The notes below the pieces were generated by a model, which was given only the letters and a program-made list of their open reading frames with translations, ran no database searches and was not told where the DNA came from. Shown piece by piece: positions 54,534 to 64,000 of a DNA stretch of 64,000 nt. Made by a program: the position numbers and the translations under genes. Positions within the stretch are counted from its first letter, which is position 1. Each line of letters opens with the position of its first letter. Source of the DNA: an uncultured bacterium (GTDB taxonomy: Bacteria > Margulisbacteria > WOR-1 > CAVSGV01); contig CAVYHE010000007.1 in the NCBI GenBank assembly GCA_963768305.1, positions 32,001 through 96,000 of the forward strand, written 5' to 3'.

Positions 54534-55361
54534 TCAGAAACTCCGCCCTGCTCCTCCGCCGCCGCTTCGCCCGCCTCCGAACCCTCCGAAGCCGCCGCCT
54601 TCACCGCCAAAACCTCCGAAACCGCCTCCCATGCCTCCGTAACCGCCGTAATAGCCGCCGGAGGATATCATCATTCCGATCAAGAAACCCATGAATATCC
54701 CGGCTATGCCGGCAAGAAAATAGCCGATGATCGCCCCAAAGATCCCGGAAATTATCGCGCCGATGACCGTCCTGCCGAGGAGCGCGAGAAGGAACACGAC
54801 GATTATAACAGAAACCGCCAGGAAAACTGAGAACAAGTTCAGGTTTATCTGCTCCACTTTTGTCGGCGGCTGGTTGGAATATTCCTCCGTGATGCGGTCA
54901 TAAAAGGCGAGCGCGGCCATGTATAAGCCCTTCCCGAAATCATTTTTCTTGAATTCCGGCATGGCGAACTTATCAAGCACCTGGCCCGCGAACCCGTCGG
55001 TGATTATTCCCTCCAGGCCGTAGCCGACCTCCACTTCCACTCTTCTTTCCTTTTGCACGAAAAGGATGAGAAGGCCGTTGTCTTTTCCTTTCTTGCCGAT
55101 CCCCCACTTCTCGAATAATTGAGTTGCATAGGTCTTTGTATCAAGGGGATATGTCGTTTTTAATGTCACCACCGCCAGCTCAGCACCGGTATCGTCCTTT
55201 AATTTCTGCCCGAGTACGGTCAGTTTTTCGGCATTCTCCGCGTCGATGATCTTCGCGAAGTCATTGACGTAGCCGTAATATTGCGGGAACTTGGCCGTGA
55301 CGCCGTAAGCGATAGACGCCAGGATAATGACGAACAATAAACTATTTAATGTCTTTTTCAT
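54534..55361 (-). CDS. TPM-domain (YgcG-like) membrane protein
   Basis: YVNDFA, WGIG..DNG, EVGYGLEG, Gly-rich tail GGGRSGGGGAGRSF. Confidence 0.92.
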   Translation of the reverse strand: MKKTLNSLLFVIILASIAYGVTAKFPQYYGYVNDFAKIIDAENAEKLTVLGQKLKDDTGAELAVVTLKTTYPLDTKTYATQLFEKWGIGKKGKDNGLLILFVQKERRVEVEVGYGLEGIITDGFAGQVLDKFAMPEFKKNDFGKGLYMAALAFYDRITEEYSNQPPTKVEQINLNLFSVFLAVSVIIVVFLLALLGRTVIGAIISGIFGAIIGYFLAGIAGIFMGFLIGMMISSGGYYGGYGGMGGGFGGFGGEGGGFGGFGGGRSGGGGAGRSF

Positions 55362-55782
55362 TGAAGAATATGGCTATCTCCCTTTTCGCGGACTCAACTG
55401 AATCGGAACCGTGGCAGATGTTCATAATAGTGCCGTCCTCGGTGAAAAGCGGGTCGCCTATATTGTCGCCTCTGAAAGTCCCGGGACCGGCTTCTCTTGG
55501 ATCGGTCTTACCCATCATTTCCCTGATGCGACTGATTGCGTTTTCGCCTTCGATGACAGTCATTATGCACGGGCCAGACGTGATGAAATTTATCAGTCCG
55601 TCATAGAAAGGTTTTCCCTTGTGAACGTTATAAAGTTTCTCGGCCTGCTCTCTTGTGACCATTGTCCTGCGCCTGACAAGTATTTTGAATCCGGATTCAG
55701 TGATCTTGCTAAGGATAAGGTTTGAGAGGTATCTTTTTACTCCGTCAGGCTTCACCATGAAGAAGGTTCTTTCAACAGCCAT
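55342..55782 (-). CDS. ndk: Nucleoside-diphosphate kinase
   Basis: ERTF.MVKPD, HKGKPF, PGTFRGD, N.CHGSDS. Confidence 0.95.
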   Translation of the reverse strand: MAVERTFFMVKPDGVKRYLSNLILSKITESGFKILVRRRTMVTREQAEKLYNVHKGKPFYDGLINFITSGPCIMTVIEGENAISRIREMMGKTDPREAGPGTFRGDNIGDPLFTEDGTIMNICHGSDSVESAKREIAIFFNEKDIK

Positions 55783-55787
55783 CCGTA

Positions 55788-57158
55788 TTACGCTCTTTTC
55801 TTCGCGTTCGCTATTGCGCGCAGCACCTGCCTGGTAGCGGTGCCGCCGATAACATTTCGCGCCTCTATGCTTTTTTCGATGGTGATGGATGAATAAACGC
55901 TTTCATCAAAAATACCGGAGAATTTCCTAAAATCATGCAATAACAATTGATGGATCTCTTTGCCTGTTTTTTCACAGTATGCCACTATCTTTCCCGCTGT
56001 TTCATGCGCGGTCCTGAAAGGCATTCCCTTTTTTACCAGATAATCCGCGATATCCGTGGCGATAATGGTGTTCTTCACCGCGTTCTTCATGGCTTTCGCG
56101 TTGATCCTGATGCTTGCCAGCATTTCATTGAATATCACTAGCGAGGCAAGGAGGGTATCGATCGAATTGAAAAGCGGCTCTTTGTCCTCCTGAAGGTCCC
56201 TATTATATGTAAGGGACAGTCCCTTCATCACGGTAAGGATGTTTATGAGGTCGCCGTAAACCCTGCCCGTTTTTCCCCGCACAAGCTCGGCCACGTCCGG
56301 GTTCTTTTTCTGGGGCATCAGCGAGCTGCCGGTCGTGAAAGCGTCCGCTATTTCCATGAATTCATAATCCGACGACGACCACAGGATCAATTCGGAGCAG
56401 AAACGCGAAAGATGCATCATTGAAAGCGAGATGCAGAAAAGCGTTTCCGCGACAAAATCGCGGTCCGACACGGCATCCAGGCTGTTCTGCGAGACGCGGC
56501 TGAATCTCAATTCCTTAGCCAGTTTTTCCCTGTCAATGGGATACGCCGATCCCGCCAGCGCGCCGGAGCCCAGATGGCATTACGTCTATCCTTTTAAGCG
56601 CGTCAGCGAAGCGCTCTTTGTCGCGCTGAAGCATTTCAAAATAAGCCATTATGTAATGGGAGAAAAGGATCGGCTGGGCCTGCTGCATGTGCGTGTAGCC
56701 CGGCATGATGACCGCGATATTTTTTTCGGCGATACCTATCAGGCTTTTCTGGAGAACTGATATCTTTGATGATATTTCGGATGATCTCTTTTTTCAAGTA
56801 CAAACGGAGGTCCGTCGCCACTTGATCGTTGCGGCTGCGGCCCGTGTGGAGTTTTTTTCCGGCCTCGCCGATCTTCTTGGTAAGAAGGCTTCGATGTTCA
56901 TGTGGATATCTTCGAGCGCTTCTTTGAACTTGATCGTTCCTTTTTCGATCCCCGACAGAATGACGTTCAATCCTTTTACTATCTTCACTGCTTCCGCTGA
57001 CGAGATGACATTCGCGCGCTTAAGCCGTTAGCCCACGCGATGCTTCCCGTCACGTCTTCCTTGAACAATCGCTTGTCGAAGTCGATGGATGACGTGAATT
57101 TTTCCGCCGCTTTGCTCATACCGCCCTTGAACCTGCCCGCCCAAAGTTTTTTCGCCAT
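55788..57158 (-). CDS. argH: Argininosuccinate lyase (several indels)
   Basis: [10 protein letters not shown] start, [36 protein letters not shown]. Confidence 0.93.
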
Positions 57159-57159
57159 T

Positions 57160-58364
57160 TTATTTCTTGTTCTTCTTTCCCCAGACCTTTATCGGAAGCC
57201 CGAAAAGATTTATGAACCCCTCCGCGTCTTTTTGGTCGTAAACATTCTTCTTTTTCAAATGTGGCAAGGTTCAGCATCATATAGTGAATCAGATGATTTT
57301 CGCCCGACAACCGAGCAATTTCCTTTGTAAAGTTTAAGGCGGACAGTGCCGTTGACCGTTTTCTGGGTCTCATCGATGAATTTATCCAGCGATTCCCTAA
57401 GCGGCGAGAACCACTGGCCGTTGTATATCAGCTCGGCGAACTTTATGGCGGCTTTTTCCTTGTAATGCGCCGTATCGCGCTCGAGGGTTATTGATTCCAG
57501 GTCCTTGTGGGCCATCATCAATATCGTTCCGCCGGGGGTTTCGTAAACTCCGCGCGATTTAATGCCGACTAACCGGTTTTCAACGATATCGATGCGGCCG
57601 ATCCCGTTCTTTCCGCCGATCTCATTGAGTTTCGAGACAAGCAATACTCCATCCATTCCCTTGCCATCAATTGCCTTTGGAACGCCCTTCTCGAACGTGA
57701 TCTCTATATATGTAGGCTTATCCGGCGCTTTTTCTGGCGAAACGGAAAGTGTGAACATGTCTTCGGTCGGCTCGTTCCATATGTTTTCGAGTATCCCGCC
57801 TTCATAGCTTATGTGCCACAGGTTCCTGTCGGAGGAATACGGCTTTGCTTTTGTAACGGGGACAGGTATCCCTTTTTTCTTGGCGTATTCCATTTCTTCC
57901 TCGCGCGACTTAATGTCCCACTCGCGCCACGGAGCGATTATCTTCAGCTCCGGCGCAAGCGCTTTATAAGTTAGCTCAAAGCGCACTTGGTCGTTGCCTT
58001 TTCCGGTTGCGCCGTGTGCTACCGCGTCGGCCCCTTCTTTTTTAGCTATTTCAACTTGGCGTTTCGCGATAAGCGGGCGGGCGATCGATGTGCCAAGCAG
58101 ATAACGGCCTTCATAAACAGCGCCGGCCTTTACCATCTTGAAAATATAATCCTCTACAAATTCTTTTTTCAGGTCTTCGATATAAACTTTTGAAGCGCCG
58201 GTCTTCATCCCTTTTTCCTGCAAACCTGACAGCTCTTCGGCCTGCCCCACGTCGGCGGCCATGGCAATGACTTCGCAGCCGTAATTGTCTTTCAGCCACG
58301 GGATCATCACGGAAGTATCAAGTCCTCCAGAATAAGCTAAAATAACCTTTTTAATTTTATTCAT
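57160..58364 (-). CDS. argG: Argininosuccinate synthase (indels near C-terminus)
   Basis: [41 protein letters not shown]. Confidence 0.96.
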
Positions 58365-58381
58365 GATTTTTTCCTTTTTCT

Positions 58382-58416
58382 TTAACTATTAACTCTTAAC
58401 TAATAACTTTTAACTT
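58382..58416. repeat. Five tandem heptamers WTAACTH
   Basis: ttaacta ttaactc ttaacta ataactt ttaactt. Confidence 0.8.
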
Positions 58417-58419
58417 TTC

Positions 58420-59356
58420 CTAATCTTCCAGTAACAATGCCAATATCGCTTTTTGGACATGCAAACGATTTTCCGCCTGATCGAACACGACCGAATGCCT
58501 GCCGTCCAGGACATCGTCGGTTATTTCCTGTCCGCGGTGCGCCGGCAGGCAGTGCATTACGATAACATCCCTTTTAGCCTTATTAACAAGAGTGTTATTT
58601 ACCTGGAAATTCCTGAAAGCGATCTTCCTTTTTAATTCTTCCCTTTCCTGCCCCATGGAGGTCCAGACATCGGTGTAAATCACGTCGGCGCCGACCACCG
58701 CGTCCTTCGCGCTGTTAACGATGCTGATCGTTGCCTTTGACCTTATTGCATCTTCTTTTGCGATATTCAATATGTTCTTGCTTGGCTCGTATCCCTTCGG
58801 GCAGGCGGCGATGAATTCCATCCCGGTCTTCGAGCACGCGGACATAAGGGTATTGCATACATTATTACCGTCGCCCTATATACGCCACTTTTACGCCCCT
58901 CAGCTTCCCTTTCTTTTCCCATATCGTGAAAAGGTCGGCCAGAGCCTGGCACGGATGGAGAAGGTTCGTCAGGCCGTTTATGACCGGCACGGAAGCGTTC
59001 TCCGCCAGGTGGACGACGTCATCGTGCGATGATGTCCTGATGACAATGCCGTCAACATAGCGGGATAAGGTGCGGGCGATATCGGATATCGTCTCGCCTT
59101 TGCCGAAACGCAGGCCGACAGCGTTCAATCCTATGGCAAGCCCGCCCAGCTGCCACATCCCCACTTCGAACGAGACACGGGTGCGGGTGGAGGGCTTATC
59201 GAATATCATGGCGACAACTTTGCCCTTCAGTAGCTTTGGAGTTTGCCTCTTTTTTGCCCTGCTTTTAAGGAATTTCGCAAGGTTGAAGATCATCTGTATC
59301 TCTTGCGGGGAGAGATCGTGGATGGTAATAAGGTCCTTATTTCGCAGTTTTGACAT
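58420..59356 (-). CDS. argF: Ornithine carbamoyltransferase (indel near 58870)
   Basis: [42 protein letters not shown]. Confidence 0.95.
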
Positions 59357-59460
59357 AAAAAATCCCCCTTAAGGCGAGCTTAAATATACCATAAGAAAAG
59401 AGGGTTTTCAAACAGGGGGATGCTAAACGGGCAAGGCCGATATTCTATTGTCTTTTAGAA

Positions 59461-60155
59461 TCAGCAACGATCGTTTCGTGAGGCTTTATTGAATCGAGGC
59501 TGAAGTTCAATCATTTCGCCAATGATCTTCCTGAAATTTATCATAACGCGCGGCCGCTTTCGGCGAATTGCCGCCAAAAGCGCGAGGCAAGAAATAATTC
59601 GCGAGCGAAGAACGGGGCATAGGATTTTTTTTGGTATATTCACTGATATCAGTTATGGCCCTTTTTTTTAATTTTTCAAGTTCATCTTTTTTGGTATACC
59701 CTTCCAGGTTTACTAAATAGTTATTCCATTTTTTCATGCCGACCAGCCATTCCTTTAGCGAATCGCTTTTGTAACCATCAAATATGAAAAGTTCTGACTT
59801 GTAAGGTCAAAAATGTTAACGGCACCGTCTGGCTGTGATATATCCATGTACAATAATTCTCGCGCCCTATCTCAAATCGGCTTTCTTTTTCATTGAATGC
59901 TTCCGTCCAAACGCCCTTACTGCGATAACTCCCGTACAGAGTTGCGGCTTTCTTTAGATGATCATCCATAATAAAGCCGAGGTCCCTAAATTCCTTTATG
60001 GCTTCCTTGCCTGATTCACTGGGAAATGCAGCATCATTGAATGGGTAAGATATTCTTCTATTGAACCAGATCGAATTTCCCGCCTTTATATCCCTTCGCG
60101 CGGCTCTTACGGCTTTGAATCTATTTATATCGTGAATGTTTCCCAATCTATACAA
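59461..60155 (-). CDS. Orphan protein, probably one gene broken by indels
   Basis: AAGGAGG SD before 60155; consecutive minus-strand ORFs 59778..60155, 59507..59737 and 59461..59643. Confidence 0.5.
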
Positions 60156-60167
60156 GATATTTCCTCC

Positions 60168-60998
60168 TTATACACTCTGGTTACGTTGAGAATTCTTTAG
60201 AGCTTGTTCTTTGTCAAAAAGTGTTTTCGCTTTTAAGAGAAGGTCCTCTTCGTCAAACTTCAATGGAATTTGCTGATCAGATGCAGGGCTGAGTTTTTTC
60301 TCCGTCGGAGGCTGGCGTCTGACCATGACCGTTTCCTGATATCGAGCCAGGAGTTTAAGCCCGCGCTGTTTGATCAGATGCGGATTAAATTTAATACTGG
60401 CGGAAACTTTTTCTGCGCAAAATTCACAAGTAAATGTTGCCCTGACATTAGGCGTGTCCTTTTTTAGTTGTTCGAAATAAACATCGATCAGTTTTACTTT
60501 CACAAATTTTCCCTCAGTAAGATCTTTGTGAGCAAGTTCCATTTGAGCCGGCGATATAGATTCCGGCTCGGCTGGAGATTGAGGTTTTTGGTCAGTGCCA
60601 TTATCAGATCCGAGGTAGACCTTCTGCAGCGAAAGAAGGAAATTACCCTCTTTCATAGAATGACTGACAATTTTTGCAAAAAAGATCGCATAACCTTTTT
60701 CATGGATTATTGCCGCGATTTCCTTGAATCTTGTTTCTCTAACTGCGGAATGAGGAAGGAAAGCTTGGCATTGGTCAGGTACGGCATCCATGATCCTGGC
60801 CTTAAATCCATCAGGATTTCGCCTTGATTCACCAATAACTTTAAATGCAATTACTTTAACAATATCGCCAATTTTAGGCTTGATAAGTTGCACTTGGCCA
60901 GGTATCGAAGCAACTTTCCTGAAAGGCGTGCCGCTAAACCTGTTGTTCGGCCCTATTCCGTTCCTATATTCCAAATGTCCTCTTGATATGTTTTCCAT
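60168..60998 (-). CDS. Orphan protein with a diverged S1/OB-like domain
   Basis: GDIVKV...GF...AFLPHSAV...AKIV...LLSLQK resembles the S1 pattern; AAGGA SD. Confidence 0.6.
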   Translation of the reverse strand: MENISRGHLEYRNGIGPNNRFSGTPFRKVASIPGQVQLIKPKIGDIVKVIAFKVIGESRRNPDGFKARIMDAVPDQCQAFLPHSAVRETRFKEIAAIIHEKGYAIFFAKIVSHSMKEGNFLLSLQKVYLGSDNGTDQKPQSPAEPESISPAQMELAHKDLTEGKFVKVKLIDVYFEQLKKDTPNVRATFTCEFCAEKVSASIKFNPHLIKQRGLKLLARYQETVMVRRQPPTEKKLSPASDQQIPLKFDEEDLLLKAKTLFDKEQALKNSQRNQSV

Positions 60999-61031
60999 TT
61001 ATTATTTTTCCTTCGATATTCAGTCTTATAT

Positions 61032-61060
61032 TTATCGTCATTTTTCCCACTAAATTTCAC
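61032..61060 (-). promoter_or_regulatory. sigma28-like promoter, copy 4
   Basis: gTGAAA-tttagtgggaaaaat(15)-GACGATAA. Confidence 0.72.
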
Positions 61061-61120
61061 TTTTTTGAGACTTATATTTAAATGCGACAATTTTCCCTCG
61101 GGAATGTTAAAATAACCATC

Positions 61121-62392
61121 ATGTGCTACTCGATACCAGGAAAAGTAGTGGAAATATCGGGCCGTACGGCGATCGTCGATTACTTCGGCGAGAAACGAAA
61201 GGCTCTGAACGAGCTCGTTGATGTGAAGGTCGGAGATTACATATACGCCCAAGGGGGATTCATCATCAATGTCGTACCTGAAGCTGAGGCATTGGAAGTC
61301 CTGAAGGACTGGCATGACATCTTTTTCGCGCTCCAGAAGACCGATGTCCGGCTCTCTCGCTTGGACATGGACAAGACCGGCATCGATAATGAGATCTCAG
61401 CTATCCTTGACAAAGCCGCCGAAACCAAACCCTTGTCAAAAGGGGAATTGCTGAAGCTGATGAAGATAAAGGACAAGAAAGAGCTGAACCTCCTTTTCAA
61501 GGTCGCCAATTTCCTCCGCCAGAAATATCTTAAGAACGCCTGCTGCATTCACGGGATAATCGAATTTTCCAATTACTGCCGAAATGACTGCGAATACTGC
61601 GGGATAAGGAACAGCGCGGATATCGCAAGGTACAGGATGACAGATGAGGAGATATTTCGAGCAGTGGATGATGCGGTGGATAAATACGGGTTCAAGGCGC
61701 TTGTGCTTCAGTCCGGGGAAGATCCCGAATTCACTGTCGATCGATTAGCGAATATCATCAGGGAGATCAAGAAGAGGCACGCGGTCCTTTTGTTCATTTC
61801 GGTCGGCGAGATCGGAAAGGAAGGTCTTAAAAAGCTTTATGATGCCGGCGTAAGAGGGCTGCTAATGAGATTTGAGACCAGTAATCACAAGCTTTATTCC
61901 AAGCTCCATTGCGGCGATAAATTTGATGACCGTATCCGAGATATTAAAGATGCTTACGGTATCGGATATTTGGTATTAAGCGGAGGATTGATAGGTTTGC
62001 CCGGCCAGACCGAAGAAAGCCTTTTGAACGATATACTGCTGACGAAAGAACTTCACGCGGAGATGTTCTCGTTCGGCCCTGTACTTCCCGAAGGGCCGGA
62101 AACCGAAGTTGTCCTGAAAGTCCTGGCGGTATCAAGGATAGTGGATCCGAAGAACGCGAAGATCGTGGTCACTACTGGATTTGAGACGCTTGATAAGAAC
62201 GCGAGGACGCTGGGATTGATGGCGGGCGCGAACTCGATGATGCTTAACGTTACGCCGGTGAAATTCAGGAAGCTGTATAATATTTATCCAGACCGCGCTC
62301 ACGAAGAAGAATCGATCGAACAGCAGATAGATGAAGCGGTTTCCCTTTTGCAGAAGCTCGGCCGCGCCCCGACAGATATCGGTATCTCTTAA
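61121..62392 (+). CDS. HypC-like domain fused to a HydE/PylB/BioB-type radical SAM enzyme
   Basis: N-terminal MCYSIPGKVVEI...AIVD.FG...VKVGDY; then IEFSNYCRNDCEYC, VLQSGED, RFETSN, LIGLPGQT, AGANS.M.N.TP, YNIYP. Confidence 0.88.
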   Translation: MCYSIPGKVVEISGRTAIVDYFGEKRKALNELVDVKVGDYIYAQGGFIINVVPEAEALEVLKDWHDIFFALQKTDVRLSRLDMDKTGIDNEISAILDKAAETKPLSKGELLKLMKIKDKKELNLLFKVANFLRQKYLKNACCIHGIIEFSNYCRNDCEYCGIRNSADIARYRMTDEEIFRAVDDAVDKYGFKALVLQSGEDPEFTVDRLANIIREIKKRHAVLLFISVGEIGKEGLKKLYDAGVRGLLMRFETSNHKLYSKLHCGDKFDDRIRDIKDAYGIGYLVLSGGLIGLPGQTEESLLNDILLTKELHAEMFSFGPVLPEGPETEVVLKVLAVSRIVDPKNAKIVVTTGFETLDKNARTLGLMAGANSMMLNVTPVKFRKLYNIYPDRAHEEESIEQQIDEAVSLLQKLGRAPTDIGIS

Positions 62393-63007
62393 TTAACTTG
62401 GGTTGACGGGTATATCCGGAGTTTTGAAAGTATCAACTATCTTAATGTTCTTTAACGGCAAACACATGTCAAGTTGGTCCATATTGGAGCCACGGAACAA
62501 TCGAATACTGAAAAAAACAGACAAACAGCCCGGATCATATTCAAAATCATCCAGCCAGGCAAGAACTCCTCTTCCTTTGGCGACATGATCGCCAACTGCG
62601 AAATGCAAAGTGCCTGCGCCAAACTTTCCTCTTGCGCTTTTTTCGGTTAAAGAAAAACATTCATTCATTACATCTTGCAATTCGACAAATGTTGAAGGAA
62701 TAACGCCCATATAATCATTCAGATTAAAAAGATGCACGGGATCATTTAGTTTAATCTGTTCCAGTCCGATCCTTAACAGGTAAGACGGGACTTTTACCGT
62801 TCCCGCAGCTTCTATCTTTTCCGCAAGCGCCCGATCCTTCCAGGGCATTAATTTGAATAAGGCCGGGGTCAGGCCGGTAAAGTGTTTCTGCAGATAACTG
62901 TGTTCCTTATCATTTGCAGGGATACAATGGCCTGAACGTATCACCTTTAAGCCTGCATAACAGCCTGCTTGCAACTTGATTTTGGGCCCGGTTGGATTAA
63001 TACTCAT
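62393..63007 (-). CDS. Orphan protein (204 aa)
   Basis: Intact ORF, AGGAG SD, sigma28-like motif upstream. Confidence 0.68.
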   Translation of the reverse strand: MSINPTGPKIKLQAGCYAGLKVIRSGHCIPANDKEHSYLQKHFTGLTPALFKLMPWKDRALAEKIEAAGTVKVPSYLLRIGLEQIKLNDPVHLFNLNDYMGVIPSTFVELQDVMNECFSLTEKSARGKFGAGTLHFAVGDHVAKGRGVLAWLDDFEYDPGCLSVFFSIRLFRGSNMDQLDMCLPLKNIKIVDTFKTPDIPVNPS

Positions 63008-63048
63008 TTTTGGCTCCTATTGTTCCTTTTATATTAATAACTATGGAC

Positions 63049-63077
63049 TTATCGTCATAATTGTCTGGAAATTTCAC
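63049..63077 (-). promoter_or_regulatory. sigma28-like promoter, copy 5
   Basis: gTGAAA-tttccagacaattat(15)-GACGATAA. Confidence 0.72.
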
Positions 63078-63098
63078 TTTTTCTGGGGATATTGTTCA

Positions 63099-63127
63099 TT
63101 GACAAAGAGTTCAGCGAAAACTAGAAT
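63099..63127 (+). promoter_or_regulatory. sigma70-type promoter
   Basis: TTGACA-N17-TAGAAT. Confidence 0.8.
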
Positions 63128-63156
63128 ACTTTGAGGTCGGGCACGCCTCAAAACCT

Positions 63157-64000
63157 ATGAAGCAACACTTTATCAGCGTTTCGGACCTTCGTGAACTGGC
63201 GAGCAAACTGCTCAATGATTCCACTGTTATCGCGCCCGTAAAGACATTTGAGAACCGCTACCTGGAAGAAATAACCCCATCAAATCTGGACAAAATCGAT
63301 ATTTTCGGCTACAGGACAGTGGAATCTTTCAAGTCTTGCTTGTTCCAATTGATGGAGAAAGTATCTAAATATTTCACAAAATACGAACAGGCGAAAGGGA
63401 AAAACCTGACATTCCTTGGAATGCGCGGATGCGACCTGGAAGCGCTGGAAGTCCTGGACAGGGTCTTTACTGAAGGCGACTTTACGGACCCATTTTATGA
63501 CGCCAATCGCAAGAACGTCCTGATCATCGGCGCGGACTGCACCGACTGCGGAAAAACCTGCTTTTGCACGATGGTGAAAGGCAAGCCCTACCCCGTCAAG
63601 CTTTTTGACATAAATCTTTCGCCGGTCGCTGACGGATATGTAGCCGAAGCAGGCTCAATAAAAGGAGAACAGCTTATCGCAGAAGATCCGCGGCTATTCC
63701 AGGATGCCTCGTCCGGGCAGATGGACCTGAAAAATAAGAACAGGGAAAAGGTCATTGCCCTGCTTGATGAAGCCAACAAGAATTACAAGCTGAAAAGGGA
63801 TCTTTCCGAATCCCACAAAAGGAATCTGGAGAATAAGAAGTTATGGAGGGTTCTCACGAAAGATTGCGTTGAATGCAGCGCGTGCAACTTTATCTGCCCC
63901 ACCTGCACCTGCTTCCTTCTTCTTGACCAAAAGAACGGCAAAGACAACGACAGATTTAAAGTCTGGGACGCCTGCCTTAAAGCGGGATATCAGAAGATAG
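63157..64000 (+). CDS. AsrA / group 3b [NiFe]-hydrogenase beta-like 4Fe-4S protein (runs off window)
   Basis: Own translation: GMRGCD..A...LD.VF...DPFY, DC...TCFC, CVECSACNFICPTCTCF, WDAC. Confidence 0.85.
   Translation, partial: MKQHFISVSDLRELASKLLNDSTVIAPVKTFENRYLEEITPSNLDKIDIFGYRTVESFKSCLFQLMEKVSKYFTKYEQAKGKNLTFLGMRGCDLEALEVLDRVFTEGDFTDPFYDANRKNVLIIGADCTDCGKTCFCTMVKGKPYPVKLFDINLSPVADGYVAEAGSIKGEQLIAEDPRLFQDASSGQMDLKNKNREKVIALLDEANKNYKLKRDLSESHKRNLENKKLWRVLTKDCVECSACNFICPTCTCFLLLDQKNGKDNDRFKVWDACLKAGYQKI

Noticed and set aside
55788..59356. Programmed frameshifting or pseudogene status for argF/G/H, and likewise kdp, korA and lemA
   Set aside because: Shifts are numerous, lack a shared slippery site, and catalytic motifs are intact; sequencing error is more parsimonious.
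61082..61120. Upstream start for the HypC fusion
   Set aside because: HypC needs Cys at position 2; ATG 61121 gives MCYSIP and follows an extended -10 box.

Overview
64 kb of chromosome from an anaerobic, diderm bacterium: O2-detox plus 2-oxoacid:ferredoxin oxidoreductase cluster, kdp and KimA-like K+ uptake, rpoN locus, eno-divIC-S1-tRNA-Leu, a complete type IV pilus-like cluster with secretin, opp ABC transporter, metG/tatD, split DipZ, ClC, pepA/lemA/ndk, argFGH, and the start of an AsrA/sulfhydrogenase-beta-like Fe-S gene. Gene content is loosely suggestive of Margulisiibacteriota/Saganbacteria; this is an unverified inference. Many genes carry clustered 1-2 nt indels that look like long-read consensus errors, so split ORFs were rejoined. 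Highlights: (1) a perfectly spaced sigma28/FliA-like motif TGAAA-N15-(G/A)(T/A)CGATA(A/T) found five times, in front of four orphan or highly diverged minus-strand cassettes and one sigma54 activator; (2) a single-ORF fusion of a HypC-like [NiFe]-hydrogenase chaperone domain to a HydE/PylB-type radical SAM enzyme near an Fe-S oxidoreductase gene; (3) a compact sigma54 circuit: rpoN with a variant RpoN box, an activator with a non-Fis winged-helix tail, 11-bp-phased repeats, a -24/-12 promoter, a small orphan, a catalytically degenerate activator paralogue and a HAD phosphatase; (4) pilus machinery with PilM-PilN and PilO-PilP fusions; (5) widespread leaderless gene starts; (6) a KdpD lacking its kinase module. 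No CRISPR array, rRNA or transposase was seen.
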